From Halomicronema hongdechloris C2206 (GTDB taxonomy: Bacteria > Cyanobacteriota > Cyanobacteriia > Phormidesmidales > Phormidesmidaceae), in the NCBI RefSeq assembly GCF_002075285.3, contig NZ_CP021983.2:1470001-1502000 (forward strand): DNA of 32,000 nt, read 5' to 3'. Positions 1 through 10,148 of the stretch are shown piece after piece. How positions within the stretch are numbered: the first letter of the stretch is position 1; each line of letters begins with the position of its first letter. The translations under genes were made by a program, and so were the position numbers. Below the pieces are notes generated by a model. The model was not told where the DNA came from, did not search any database, and worked only from the letters and a program-made list of their open reading frames with translations.

Positions 1-877
1 TCACGGCCAGCAACAGATTTTGCCAGTTATGCTGTCCCACCATTTGGAAGGCATCGACTGCGACGATGGGCTGTCCTTGGCAGATGACCCAGCCACCTTC
101 TAAGTAGGTGATGGGACCGGTGGTGGCCTGGCCGGAGCCATGGGTAGGAGCTGAAGTCAGGGGGACCTTGCCGGCGATGCTGGTCCAATATCCCTGGGAA
201 AAGTGGTCAGGAATACGGCGCCGCAAAAAGGGGTCATCTCCATTGAAGACCCTGGCTTCGCAGCGATGCAGCAGCGAGGCTTTAATGGCAAAGTAATTGT
301 CTAGGGAATAGTGGCGCTGGAGATGATCGGGGGTGAAGGTGGTCCATAGGCCAATTTGGGGAGCCAGGGTGGCGGCGGCCTCGATCTGATAGCTGCTGAC
401 CTCTGCAATCACCCAATCGGGTACCTGATCACTCAGGGCCAGTTCACAGGCAGCGTAGCCAATGTTGCCACAGGCGGGGGCACGGAACCCGGCAGCTTGG
501 AAGATAGCTGCAGTCAGGGCAGTGGTGGTGGTCTTACCATTGGTGCCAGTGATGCCGACCCAGGGCCGATCCTTCAAGAAGCGCCAGGCCAGTTCCATTT
601 CGCCGATGACTTCTAGCCCCTGCTCCCGGGCGGCGATAAGGGCAGGGCTATCCCACGGCACGCCCGGACTGACCACCACCAGATTGACGGCTTCGCTGGG
701 GTCGAAGCTATAGCCTAGGCGCACGGTAATGCCAGCGGTTTCTAGGGCGCTCTGCTGGTCCAGCCAGCGAGGAGCCGGGTTGCGATCGCTTAAGACGACG
801 TGCCAGCCATCTTGATGCAGCAATCGGGCGGCGGCAATGCCGGATCTGCCAAGGCCAATTACGTGGGCATTATTCAT
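1..877 (-). CDS. murD: UDP-N-acetylmuramoyl-L-alanine--D-glutamate ligase MurD, N-terminal ~292 codons. The 3' end runs off the window.
   Basis: My own translation from ATG 877-875 gives MNNAHVIGLGRSGIAAARLLHQDGWHVVLSD...RPWVGITGTNGKTTTTALTAAIF...IAEVSSYQIE. It shows a Rossmann GxGxxG start and the Mur-ligase GTNGKTT P-loop. The frame stays open to base 1. It is absent from the ORF track because there is no stop inside the window. Confidence 0.85.
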   Translation of the reverse strand, partial: MNNAHVIGLGRSGIAAARLLHQDGWHVVLSDRNPAPRWLDQQSALETAGITVRLGYSFDPSEAVNLVVVSPGVPWDSPALIAAREQGLEVIGEMELAWRFLKDRPWVGITGTNGKTTTTALTAAIFQAAGFRAPACGNIGYAACELALSDQVPDWVIAEVSSYQIEAAATLAPQIGLWTTFTPDHLQRHYSLDNYFAIKASLLHRCEARVFNGDDPFLRRRIPDHFSQGYWTSIAGKVPLTSAPTHGSGQATTGPITYLEGGWVICQGQPIVAVDAFQMVGQHNWQNLLLAV

Positions 878-880
878 TGA

Positions 881-3037
881 TCAACTTTTAACAATGGCAC
901 CAAAGTCTGCCAATACGCGGGCATGATTACGCAGCAAGCCCAGGAGATTAAGTCGATTGCGGCGAATGGCTGCATCCTCAGCCATCACCAGCACGCTATC
1001 TGGCCCATCAAAGAAACGACTAACCACAGGGGTGGCTTGTTCTAAGCCAGCCACTAACTGACTGTAGTCCCGCTGGGCTTGGGCTGCCTGGGTTTGGGGC
1101 AATAGGGTCTGCAACGTTGCCAAGAAGGCCTGTTCTGAGGGTTGCTGAAACTGATCTGGGTCAACCACTGGTGTGGGATCGAGTATGTCGGTGTCGAGGT
1201 CCCCTTGGGCCGCTAGGCGAGTGGCCCGATTCACCGTCTCATAGATTCGCTCCAGGGTGCCATCTGAGCGCATGGCGTGTAGAAAACGGGCCCGGTCCCG
1301 GGCATCGAGCAGATCGCTCAGCATCCGTTGGGCATAGTCGGCATCAGCGTCTCCTAGCACGGCGTTGACTAGGTCATAGTCGATGGCTAACTCGTCCTGC
1401 AGCAGCGTCCGTATCCGTTGCAGGAAAAAGTCTTGCAACTGCTGCTCTAACTCCTTGGGCTGGGCCACGGTCAGGTTGGGATTCGCCGTAAAGTCTGCGA
1501 TCACGGTTACCAGGAGCTGCTCTAGGTTGATGGGCAACTCGGCTGTCCAGGTGACATTGACAATGGCATTGGCGGCTCGACGCAGGGCAAAGGGATCGGA
1601 GGAGCCGCTGGGTAACTGCCCTAGGCTAAAAATTCCCACCAGGGTATCGAGGCGATCGGCCATCCCCACTACTTGACCGGCGAGGGTTTGGGGTAGGGGG
1701 TCGTCGGCGCCGCGGGGCAGGTAATGTTCGGCGATGGCCACGGCCACGGCATCGGCTTCCCCCTGGTGGCGGGCGTATTTTTCCCCCATGATGCCTTGAA
1801 GCTCAGGAAATTCCCCCACCATCTGGGTGACTAGGTCGGCTTTACACAGTTGGGCCGCCCGTTGGATGACTTGCCGTTCGGGGGCGGCCAGGGACAGCTG
1901 GGTGGCGATGTGATCGGCGATGGCGACGATCCGGTCGACCTTATCGGCCATGGAGCCCAGCCGTTCTTCGAAGGTGACCTGATGAAGTCGCTTGCTGAAG
2001 GTCTCGAGGGCAATGGCCCGGTCGGCGTCGAAGAAAAACTTGCCGTCAGAGAGCCGGGCTCGAATCACCCGGGCATTGCCGGCGGCGATGATGTCGGCTT
2101 TGGCCGGGTCACCGTTGGAGACCGTGATGAAATAGGGCAACAGGGGGGCGGAGCCATCGTTGGGGCGCACTGGAAAGTAGCGCTGATGGCTTTCCATCTC
2201 CATGGTGATGACTTCCGGAGGTAATTCTAGGAAGGCCGGATCGAATTTACCCACCACGGCCGTGGGCCATTCCACCAGATGGGTGACTTCTTGCAGCAGG
2301 GCGGCGGCGATGATGGGGACGCCGTTGACGCGGCTGGCGGCAGCCTGGAGCTGCTGATAGATGTGGTCGGCCCGGCTGACTGGGTCGACGTCGACGTAGG
2401 CTTGGTTCAGGGTCTCACGGTAGGTGCTGGCTTGGGCAATGACTACCGGATCGGGGTGGAGGACTCGGTGCCCTGGGGAGATGCGATCGCAAGGACACAC
2501 CTCTGAGCCATTCTCCAGGGAGAAGGGCAATACCTGGTCGTCGAGGAGGGCCACTACCCAGCGAATGGGCCGGGGAAAGCGCAGGTCACCGTCCCCCCAG
2601 CGCATGAACCGCTTCCCCTCGAGGCCAAAGATCCACTGGGGCACTTGCTCCGGCAAGATGTCAGCGGCGGGGCGGCCGGCAATAGACTGGGTGACAAAGA
2701 CGAAGGGACCTTTATCGGTGTCCCGCACCTCTAGATCGGCGACAGCTACCCCGCGGGAGCGGGCAAACCCTTCGGCGGCGCGAGTAGGCTGACCATCCTG
2801 GAAGGCGGCTTGGGCTGGCGGTCCTTTCACCTCATCGGTGCGATCCGGCTGGCGTTCAGGCAACCCTGCTACCACCACTGCTAATCGGCGCGGAGTGCCG
2901 TATACGGTAACGGCGGCAGGCGTCAGGAGCTCCTCGGCCAACGCCGATGCTATGCTTCCCCGCCATTGGTTAATGGCATCCTCTACAAAGCTGGCCGGCA
3001 ACTCCTCGGTGCCAACTTCCAGCAAAAACGTCGCCAT
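881..3037 (-). CDS. glyS: Glycine--tRNA ligase beta subunit
   Basis: 718-aa ORF with the canonical GlyS N-terminus [18 protein letters not shown]. The stop (881-883) lies 3 nt upstream of the murD ATG, so the two are probably co-transcribed. Confidence 0.95.
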   Translation of the reverse strand: MATFLLEVGTEELPASFVEDAINQWRGSIASALAEELLTPAAVTVYGTPRRLAVVVAGLPERQPDRTDEVKGPPAQAAFQDGQPTRAAEGFARSRGVAVADLEVRDTDKGPFVFVTQSIAGRPAADILPEQVPQWIFGLEGKRFMRWGDGDLRFPRPIRWVVALLDDQVLPFSLENGSEVCPCDRISPGHRVLHPDPVVIAQASTYRETLNQAYVDVDPVSRADHIYQQLQAAASRVNGVPIIAAALLQEVTHLVEWPTAVVGKFDPAFLELPPEVITMEMESHQRYFPVRPNDGSAPLLPYFITVSNGDPAKADIIAAGNARVIRARLSDGKFFFDADRAIALETFSKRLHQVTFEERLGSMADKVDRIVAIADHIATQLSLAAPERQVIQRAAQLCKADLVTQMVGEFPELQGIMGEKYARHQGEADAVAVAIAEHYLPRGADDPLPQTLAGQVVGMADRLDTLVGIFSLGQLPSGSSDPFALRRAANAIVNVTWTAELPINLEQLLVTVIADFTANPNLTVAQPKELEQQLQDFFLQRIRTLLQDELAIDYDLVNAVLGDADADYAQRMLSDLLDARDRARFLHAMRSDGTLERIYETVNRATRLAAQGDLDTDILDPTPVVDPDQFQQPSEQAFLATLQTLLPQTQAAQAQRDYSQLVAGLEQATPVVSRFFDGPDSVLVMAEDAAIRRNRLNLLGLLRNHARVLADFGAIVKS

Positions 3038-3184
3038 AGGTAACTTTAGAGTGCTTGCGATCGCATCAACGGCTCCCTGCCCACAAGCAGCGAGTCAGTT
3101 TCATCAGTCTACCGCGCCCTTAGCGGGAATTTGCAACGGAAATGGTCTCAGATTCCCCAGCTTTAGCAGCTGAGCAGGCAGGGC

Positions 3185-4906
3185 CTACTCCCTGGGTTGG
3201 ATCGTCAGCGTCCGTAAGCGATTGAGGGCGGCGGCCAGGTCTTGGGGACGAAATCGGACCAGATCGCCAGATACCCTATCATCTAGACAATCCAAGCCAT
3301 CCCGGTCGAGATCCGCCATAATCGCGCTCAGAATCTCAGCCAGGGAGCGCTGACCATCCATAAACTGGCGACCATAGACCATGGCGGCGGCCATGGCCCG
3401 CACTTGCCCCGGTTCCACTAACTGCTCCACGGCGCTGAGGTCGATGTCTTCGCGGCCAAAGCGCACCTGATCCACCTGACGCACCTTGAGGCTAACCGGC
3501 TTCCGGCCTTGGCTGGGATCAATGCCCTGGGGCAGCACCACCCGGGGGGTGATAGGCCCAAAGTGCTCGCCTCCCTCCCGCTGGCGCTCGGTGACATATT
3601 GGCGGGCAATGGCTTGGGCCTGGGCCGTGACCTCGCGGGGCTCATAATTGTCTAGGGCGATGACGGTGTCGGCCACGTCGAAGTAGTCGCCACTGCCCCC
3701 CATGACGAGCACCGTGGAAATGCCGTAGTCATCGTAGAGCTGTCGCACCTTATCGATGAAGGGGGTGATGGGTTCGCGATCCTTGGCAATTAGGGCCTGC
3801 ATGCGCCGATCGCGAATCATGAAGTTGGTGGCGGAGGTGTCTTCATCCACCAACAGAGCCTGGGCTCCGGCTTCGACGGCTTCCATAATATTGGCGGCTT
3901 GGGAGGTGCTACCGCTGGCATTGGTGGTGGAGAAGGCATGGGTGGAGCGCTCCTGGGGCAAGTTTTTGATGAAAGGAGAGATATCGACCCCACTGACGCT
4001 GCGGCCATCCTCGGCCCGCACCTTCACCGCCGCCGGCAGGCAGACTACTTGTTCGCGGCCGTCCCCAGGGATATGGGCATAGATGCCGGTCTCGATGGCC
4101 CGCAATAGGGTGGACTTACCGTGGTAGCCTCCCCCTACGATCAAGGTGATGCCGCTGGGAATGCCCATGCCAGTAATAGTGCCCGCATGGGGGCAGTCGA
4201 CGCTGACTCGCAGCGAGTCGGGGGAGCGAAAGGGAATCACCTCAGCCTCTAGGGGGCGCTCATCGATCCCACTGCGGCGGGGTAAGCGGGCCCCATCGGC
4301 GATGAAGGCCACCAGATCCCGCTGGGGCAACTGCTGCCGCAGCCAGTCGGCATCCTCGGCAGTATCCACGTGGCGCTGGAGGGCGGCGGCATCTAGCACG
4401 TCGTAGCAGAGGGCCTGGTCCAGAATATCTGGCAGGTCATCGCAGAGCAATTCTGCCGCCTGCCGACCGGCGATGCGACGGCCAAAGGCGGGGAGGCCTA
4501 CGGTGCAGCGGATCTCCAGGTCACCGTCCCTAACCTGGGCAGCGGTGCGAGCTAGGATGGCCTGGCTGGGCGGTGCGATCGCAATTAGGCCACTCTTGCC
4601 CGAGCCCCGATTACTCTTGAGTTGCTGGGCCACTTGATACACTTGGCGAGTGAGATAGTCGGCTAGGGCCACAGCCCGTACTGGCGAAGAGTAGAGCTCC
4701 GCTGGAAATCTCGCCGTTTGCCGGGGCACCTGCAGCCGTACCTGGCTGGGAGCGGCGAAGGGGTCTCCCTGGACATAGTCGATGTGCAAGGTAAAGTCCG
4801 GGAACTCGTAGGTGCCACGAATCGACTTATAGGCTTTGTAGCTTTGGCCATCGAGGCGATGAAGTTGCTGCCGCAGGGCACTGTCCAGGGTAGCCATGGT
4901 AACCAT
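3185..4906 (-). CDS. ABC-ATPase domain protein (COG3044/PF09818-like 'predicted ATPase of the ABC class')
   Basis: 573-aa ORF with Walker A LIVGGGYHGKSTLL and Walker B-like ALLVDEDTSATNF. The N-terminus LHRLDGQSYKAYKSI...FTLHIDYVQGDPFA is typical of this family as I remember it. Confidence 0.7.
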   Translation of the reverse strand: MVTMATLDSALRQQLHRLDGQSYKAYKSIRGTYEFPDFTLHIDYVQGDPFAAPSQVRLQVPRQTARFPAELYSSPVRAVALADYLTRQVYQVAQQLKSNRGSGKSGLIAIAPPSQAILARTAAQVRDGDLEIRCTVGLPAFGRRIAGRQAAELLCDDLPDILDQALCYDVLDAAALQRHVDTAEDADWLRQQLPQRDLVAFIADGARLPRRSGIDERPLEAEVIPFRSPDSLRVSVDCPHAGTITGMGIPSGITLIVGGGYHGKSTLLRAIETGIYAHIPGDGREQVVCLPAAVKVRAEDGRSVSGVDISPFIKNLPQERSTHAFSTTNASGSTSQAANIMEAVEAGAQALLVDEDTSATNFMIRDRRMQALIAKDREPITPFIDKVRQLYDDYGISTVLVMGGSGDYFDVADTVIALDNYEPREVTAQAQAIARQYVTERQREGGEHFGPITPRVVLPQGIDPSQGRKPVSLKVRQVDQVRFGREDIDLSAVEQLVEPGQVRAMAAAMVYGRQFMDGQRSLAEILSAIMADLDRDGLDCLDDRVSGDLVRFRPQDLAAALNRLRTLTIQPRE

Positions 4907-5147
4907 TCAAACTATCGGCAAATCATTTCTCACTCTAAAGGACGCCTCCTGGGACGTGACCCTGTACGGCTCTCTATTCGTCGTTGAGCACTGGTGAATT
5001 TGATCCTTCTGGCGCACCCTGGACTCCGTGGAAGGGCCTGTCAGTTAGGAGCCCTGGACCTCGATAAGACCGCACTTAGTTTTCCAAGCCAGAGAGCTCA
5101 CCCGAGGGGATCTCGCTCCCCTCGGACTCCGACGACCAGGGCAAACC

Positions 5148-5550
5148 GCTGCCCTGGACCTGCGGACGGGCATGTCGATTAGCAGTGCTGGATCGCGTCG
5201 CATTGGCAAGGTAGCAATAAATTTTGAATTTTGAATTTTGAATTGAAGCCCGCTGCCTTTTCCGCGCTGCTGCCCTGGACCTGTGGCAGGGCTGGTCGAT
5301 TGGTCGTTAGGTTTTCTGCACTGGGCGCGGCAACCGCGCCCCTACCCTGTCCCCTTACCTCTATCTGCTATCGGCCTACTCGCCCGCCCATCCACCGTTT
5401 GACAGGGAGCCAAACCATTCACTCAACACTCAACACTCAAAATTCAAAATTCAAAACTCAAAATTCAAAATTCAAAACTCAGCCCTCCGGGCAGGCTCCG
5501 CCTTTCTCGAATGCCGTTAGGCTATACACCCCACTACCCCATCACCCCCT
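5148..5550. repeat. Dispersed MITE-like repeat, copy 1. It carries heptamer tandem arrays and a nested ~72-bp hairpin element.
   Basis: 5253-5267 plus 5340-5430 plus 5482-5548 match the reverse complement of 16322-16510 almost base for base (for example CCCTACCCTGTCCCCTTACCTCTATC.GCTATCGGCCTACTCGCCCGCCCATCCACCGTTTGACAGGG). Extra segment 5268-5339 contains the hairpin GGGCGCGGCAACCGCGCCC. GCTGCCCTGGACCTG.GG also occurs at about 5148. Track ORF 5231..5650 is a translation of this repeat. Confidence 0.8.
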
Positions 5551-5593
5551 CACCCCTATCTACTCCTCACTCGTCACTCCTCACTCCTCACCA

Positions 5594-7615
5594 TTAACCT
5601 GTCCACTTCCAGAGGCGAATGGTCTTATCAGTACTGGCGCTGGCAATTAGGCGGCCGCTACTGTGGATGGCCACCGCTTGTACTGCCCCGGTGTGGCCAC
5701 TGAGACTATATAAACACTGACCTGTTTGCAGATCCCAGAGTTTGACGGTGCCGTCGTTGCTACCGCTGACCAAGGTGCGGCTATCTGGTGCGATCGCAAC
5801 TCCATTCACATCCTGGGTATGCTCTGCCAGGGTCTGCAGCAGAGTTCCCGTAGCCAACTCCCACAGCCGCACCGTACCATCCTTACTGGCACTCGCAATC
5901 AGCTTGTCATCCCGGCTGATGGCCAGATCATTGACGGAATGGAGGTGACCCGACAACGTTCTCACCAGGGTACCCGTGGCGATATCCCACAGCCGTACCT
6001 GGTTATCCAAGCCACCACTGACTAGGGTTTGCTCATCCGCCGTCATGGCCACCGCCTTGATTATGCCCGCTGTCCCTCGCAACGTCTTGAGATGGCGTCC
6101 CTGATCCAGCTTCCACAGCATCAACGAGCGATCCTCACCCCCACTGGCCAGGAGAAACCCCCGCTGCCCCATGGCCACAGACATCACATCTCGCAGATGG
6201 CCCGTGAGGGTATGCAGTACCTTGCCCTGAGCCAAGTTCCAGACTCGTACCGTATGGTCATCGCCGCAGCTGGCCATCACCTGTCCTCCCCGACTGATGA
6301 CCACATCATTCACCCCCCGGGGATGGGCCTCTAAGCTGTAGAATTCCTTCCCCGACGGCAAATGCCAGACCCGAATCGTGTCGTCTAAGCTGCCACTGAC
6401 TAGGGCCGGCGTCTTAGGATTAAAGGCCACCGCCATGACCCAAGACCGATGCCCCACCACCGTGCGGACACAGTGCCAGCCTCGAGAACGCGGGGTACCC
6501 GATCTGGGCCGTCTGCCCGAGGACTGAGGGCGAGAGGTCGGAGGAGGGGAACTTGTCTGGGGCTTAGTAGTAGCAGGCCTCGCCGTCGATGGCGGCTCTG
6601 ACGGCTCCGGCGGCTCCGACGGTGGGGAAGACGGCGGCTGGGGAGGGGATGAAATCGGTCCAGCCGGATGCTGCCGCACCCAACCCGGCACTACCCCCTG
6701 CCAAGCACCATTCCCCTGCAAATCTCGCAGGGCATCCTGGGCTGATTGATAGCGATCGCCGACCAAGTCTTGAACCAGCCGCTCCAACACCTGGGCCAAC
6801 GGGGGGTCAATGCTACGCCCCGCCGCTTGCAAGATCTGCCGCCACTGCCACTGTCCCTGCAGGGGGTCGTAGAGGTCCTCGGGTTTACGATTCGTCAACA
6901 GATGCAGACAGGTCACTCCCAGACTGTAGAGATCGCTGGCTGGATAGGCATGGCCCCCTCGCAATTGCTCGATGGGAGAATAGCCTTCGGTGCCAATGCG
7001 AGTCCCAGGTTGTGGCGTCACCGCCTCACTGAACTGCTTAGCTACCCCAAAGTCGATCAGAATCGCCTTACCATCTTGCTGGCGGCGCAGAATATTGGTG
7101 GGGGTAATATCCCGGTGAATCACCCCTTGATGGTGAATAAATTGCAGCACCGGCAACAAGTCCAGCAGCAATTGACGTACTTGCTGGCCATCGTAGGCCC
7201 CCCGCTCTTGCAGCTCTTGATAGAGGGTGGTGCCTTCAATGCTCTGCTGCACTAGATAGAGATAATGATCATGGGCAAAATAGGCCAGCAGGGTAGGAAT
7301 CTGAGGATGCTCCCCCAAATCATGCAGTCGCATGGCCTCCTGCTCAAAGAGTTTCACTGCCTTATCGAAGGATTTAGTGCCTTGGGTTTGGGGCGCAAAT
7401 TGCTTGATGACACAAGGGCTATTGAGGCGATCGGTATCTAATCCTAAGAATGTACGGCCAAATCCCCCCTGCCCCAGCAATTTAATCGGGATATATCGAC
7501 CCCGTAATCGCTTCACTAAAGGATGGCCACATCCCTGACACCGCTCTGCGGTTCTAGGATTGGACGGCAAGGGGCATTGAGGATTGAGACAGCAAAGCAT
7601 GGGCGACCCTAGCAA
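5594..7615 (-). CDS. Ser/Thr protein kinase with N-terminal Cys-rich motif, Pro-rich linker and C-terminal WD40 repeats
   Basis: Hanks kinase motifs are present: VIKQF (catalytic Lys), HRDITPTNIL, LIDFGVAK and GTEGYSPIEQ. The linker is PPQPPSSPPSEPPEPSEPP. About 7 repeats of the form GH...V..VA...DG..L.SGS.D.T(V/I)(R/K)LW follow. Confidence 0.9.
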   Translation of the reverse strand: MLGSPMLCCLNPQCPLPSNPRTAERCQGCGHPLVKRLRGRYIPIKLLGQGGFGRTFLGLDTDRLNSPCVIKQFAPQTQGTKSFDKAVKLFEQEAMRLHDLGEHPQIPTLLAYFAHDHYLYLVQQSIEGTTLYQELQERGAYDGQQVRQLLLDLLPVLQFIHHQGVIHRDITPTNILRRQQDGKAILIDFGVAKQFSEAVTPQPGTRIGTEGYSPIEQLRGGHAYPASDLYSLGVTCLHLLTNRKPEDLYDPLQGQWQWRQILQAAGRSIDPPLAQVLERLVQDLVGDRYQSAQDALRDLQGNGAWQGVVPGWVRQHPAGPISSPPQPPSSPPSEPPEPSEPPSTARPATTKPQTSSPPPTSRPQSSGRRPRSGTPRSRGWHCVRTVVGHRSWVMAVAFNPKTPALVSGSLDDTIRVWHLPSGKEFYSLEAHPRGVNDVVISRGGQVMASCGDDHTVRVWNLAQGKVLHTLTGHLRDVMSVAMGQRGFLLASGGEDRSLMLWKLDQGRHLKTLRGTAGIIKAVAMTADEQTLVSGGLDNQVRLWDIATGTLVRTLSGHLHSVNDLAISRDDKLIASASKDGTVRLWELATGTLLQTLAEHTQDVNGVAIAPDSRTLVSGSNDGTVKLWDLQTGQCLYSLSGHTGAVQAVAIHSSGRLIASASTDKTIRLWKWTG

Positions 7616-7822
7616 GCAGAATGTAGCTGGAAATGGTTACTAAAACTCTGTCACCCCCGCGGTGATGCACCCACGATGGCCAACGGTAACTTCCCTTAGT
7701 GTAGGGGAGATAAGGATAGGGCTTGTTGTATTTCGTTATATTTCGCATCTGGTTCTGAGGGGGGTGATGCGGTGCGGTATCGTGAAGCCATAGCGTGTTT
7801 ACCATGAGTTTTTGCATCGCCT

Positions 7823-9051
7823 ATGACCCTGGCCCAACCGTCCCACAAGAAAGCTAAGGCCCTGCGTCCGGGGGCTCGTCGTCCGGCCAAGGAGTTGTGC
7901 AGCGAGTGTGGCCTTTGCGATACCTATTACATTCACTACGTCAAAGAGGCCTGTGCGTTCCTCAATCAGCAATTTCCTCAGCTAGAGGCACAGGCCCATG
8001 GCCGGGCTCGGGATTTGGAGAACACTGACGACTGCTACTTTGGGGTGCATCAATCCATGATGGCGGCCCGCAAGCGGCAGCCCCTGGAAGGAGCCCAGTG
8101 GACCGGTATCGTCAGCACCATTGCCGTGGCCATGCTGACCCAGGGCCGGGTGGAGGGGGTAGTCTGCGTGCAGAATACGGAGGAAGACCGGTTTCAACCC
8201 CAGCCGATTCTGGCCACTACCCCAGAGGAGATTCTGGCGGCCCGAGTCAATAAGCCCACCCTCTCCCCCAATCTGTCGGTGCTAGAGCAGATCGAGCAGT
8301 CGGGGCTGAAGCGGCTGTTAGTGATCGGGTAGGCTGTCAGATTCAAGCGCTACGGGCAGTGGAACAGCAGCTGGGGCTGGAGAAACTCTATGTATTAGGC
8401 ACCCCCTGTGTGGATAATGTCACCCGGACTGGGTTGCAAAAGTTCCTCGAGACCACCAGCCGCTCGCCAGAGACGGTGGTGCACTATGAGTTCATGCAGG
8501 ACTTTCGGGTGCATTTCAAACATGAGGATGGCTCGGTGGAGACGGTACCGTTTTTTGGCCTCAAGACCAACCAGCTCAAGGATGTGTTTGCCCCCTCTTG
8601 TATGAGCTGTTTCGACTATGTCAATGGGCTGGCGGATCTGGTAGTGGGCTACATGGGCGCCCCTTTCGGCTGGCAGTGGATCGTGGTGCGCAACCAGACG
8701 GGGCAGGACATGCTGGATCTGGTCATGGATCAACTAGATACCCAGCCAGTGACGAGCCAAGGTAATCGTAAGGCGGCAGTGCAGCAGAGTATTCCGGCCT
8801 ACGACAAGGGAGTGACCCTGCCCATGTGGGCGGCGAAGCTAATGGGGGTGGTGATTGAGCGAATTGGGCCGAAGGGGCTGGAATATGCGCGCTTCTCCAT
8901 CGATTCGCACTTCACCCGCAATTATCTCTACGTGCAGCGTCACCATCCCGAGAAGTTGGCAGACCATGTGCCGGCCTTTGCCCAGCGCATTGTCAGTCAA
9001 TACACCCTGCCGGAGGCAGAGGAGAGCCATGCGGATTCTGCTGGTGGATGA
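7823..9051 (+). pseudogene. bciB: Ferredoxin-dependent 3,8-divinyl (proto)chlorophyllide 8-vinyl reductase BciB (slr1923/FrhB-like), split by a 1-nt deletion at about 8329
   Basis: ORFs 7823..8332 (frame 2) and 8359..9051 (frame 1) together give the full protein: ...PAKELCSECGLCDTYYIHYVKEACAF...KRLLVIG|VGCQIQALRAVEQQLGLEKLYVLGTPCVDNV...SCFDYVNGLADLVVGYMGAPFGWQW. Reading GTA GGC TGT CAG from 8329 restores VGCQIQALRAV. Confidence 0.85.
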
Positions 9052-9707
9052 CGAAGCCGAATTGACCGATCCCCTCAGCCGCTTACTGCAAGGTCACGGG
9101 TATACGTAGACGTGGCCAGTGATGGGGATAAGGGACTGGTCCTAGCCCAGGGCGGCGGCTATGACCTACTGATCCTGGATTGGATGCTGCCGCAGTTGAA
9201 TGGGGTAGAGATCTGTCGGCAGGTGCGATCGCAGGGCGACAGCACCCCCGTCTTGTTTCTCACCGCCAAGGACACGGTGGATGATCGGGTGGCGGGCCTG
9301 GATGCTGGTGGCGATGATTATCTGGTCAAACCCTTTGAACTGCGGGAATTACTGGCCCGGGGCGGGCCCTGCTGCGGCGTCCACCCACCCTGGAAACCGG
9401 CGCCCCTGGCGAGCGTCTCAGCTTCGAAGATCTAGAGCTAGACTGCGACAACCAACTGGCCTATCGCCAGGGGCAGGCCATTGAGCTCTCGGAAAAGGAA
9501 ACCCGCTTACTGGCCTTTTTGCTGCAGCATCCCCACCAGTTGCTCAGCCACGACCAGATCTACCAGACGGTCTGGGTCGGCCAAGAGCGGCCCAGCAGTA
9601 ATGTACTAGCGGCCCAGATGCGGTTGCTGCGCCGTAAGATCGAGCCCCCTGGCACCTCTGCGTTGATTCACACCGTCTATGGCAAGGGCTATCGCTTGGG
9701 GCAATGA
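9029..9707 (+). pseudogene. OmpR-family two-component response regulator, interrupted by two 1-nt deletions (about 9106 and about 9361)
   Basis: Three frame segments join as MRILLVDDEAELTDPLSRLLQGHGYT|VDVASDGDKGLVLAQGGGYDLLILDWMLPQLNG...DDYLVKPFELRELLAR|.RALLRRPPTLETGAPGERLSFEDLELDCDNQLAYRQGQAIELSEKETRLLAFLLQHPHQLLSHDQIY...VYGKGYRLGQ. This gives a receiver domain with a phospho-acceptor DW context plus a winged-helix output domain. Confidence 0.85.
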
Positions 9708-9749
9708 GCGTTTTTGTATACTGAAGACCTAACGTTCTCGGTGATCCCC

Positions 9750-10148
9750 ATGACCGTTTCTCCTACTCTAGAGTTCTTTGAGGGCATCTACGAAGACCTC
9801 AGCAATGTCAGCCTGCGCCAGAACCGGGGCACAGGGGTGCGGTCAGCCAAGCTGATCTTTGAGCACATGGAAGCCATCGAGCAGTTCAAGAGCTTTCGCC
9901 GTCAATTTTCCAAGGCGCTGAAGCTAACGGATGAGGAGGGCATCATCACCGTCGAGCCCAGCGGCATCAAGTTTATCTTCGGTGGCCCTGAGGGCGATGA
10001 TCTGGTGCGGGTAGAATGCCTGCTGGAGATCGACCGAGACGACCACTGGCAGCGATTTATGCGATTTATGCACCGCTATGCCGACGCCCATGGCATGGCC
10101 TACGGTGAATCTAATCCTGACGCAATTCAAGGGAGCAAGCCATCATGA
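9750..10148 (+). CDS. psb28: Photosystem II assembly/reaction-centre protein Psb28 (paralog)
   Basis: MTVSPTLEFFEGI...LRQNRGTGVRSAKLIFE...LTDEEGIITVEPSGIKFIFG...DHWQRFMRFMHRYADAHGMAY. The W.RFMRFM.RYA signature is Psb28. I prefer ATG 9750 over the TTG at 9714. Confidence 0.8.
   Translation: MTVSPTLEFFEGIYEDLSNVSLRQNRGTGVRSAKLIFEHMEAIEQFKSFRRQFSKALKLTDEEGIITVEPSGIKFIFGGPEGDDLVRVECLLEIDRDDHWQRFMRFMHRYADAHGMAYGESNPDAIQGSKPS

Noticed and set aside
1117-3173. Numerous plus-strand ORFs (e.g. 1383..1676, 1850..2224, 2424..2792, 2838..3173) antisense to glyS. Similar antisense ORFs lie over the ABC-ATPase, kinase, phosphodiesterase, SDR and GH13 genes.
   Set aside because: They are shadow ORFs typical of high-GC DNA. 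Each lies entirely within a long, well-supported gene on the other strand. Their sequences are low-complexity and Arg/Gly/Pro-rich, with no recognisable motifs.
5231-5650. 139-aa ORF (and its counterpart 16293..16571) with odd repetitive peptides (NSKFKTQNSKFKTQ).
   Set aside because: These are translations of the dispersed MITE-like repeat and its heptamer arrays, in inverted copies. They are not genes.
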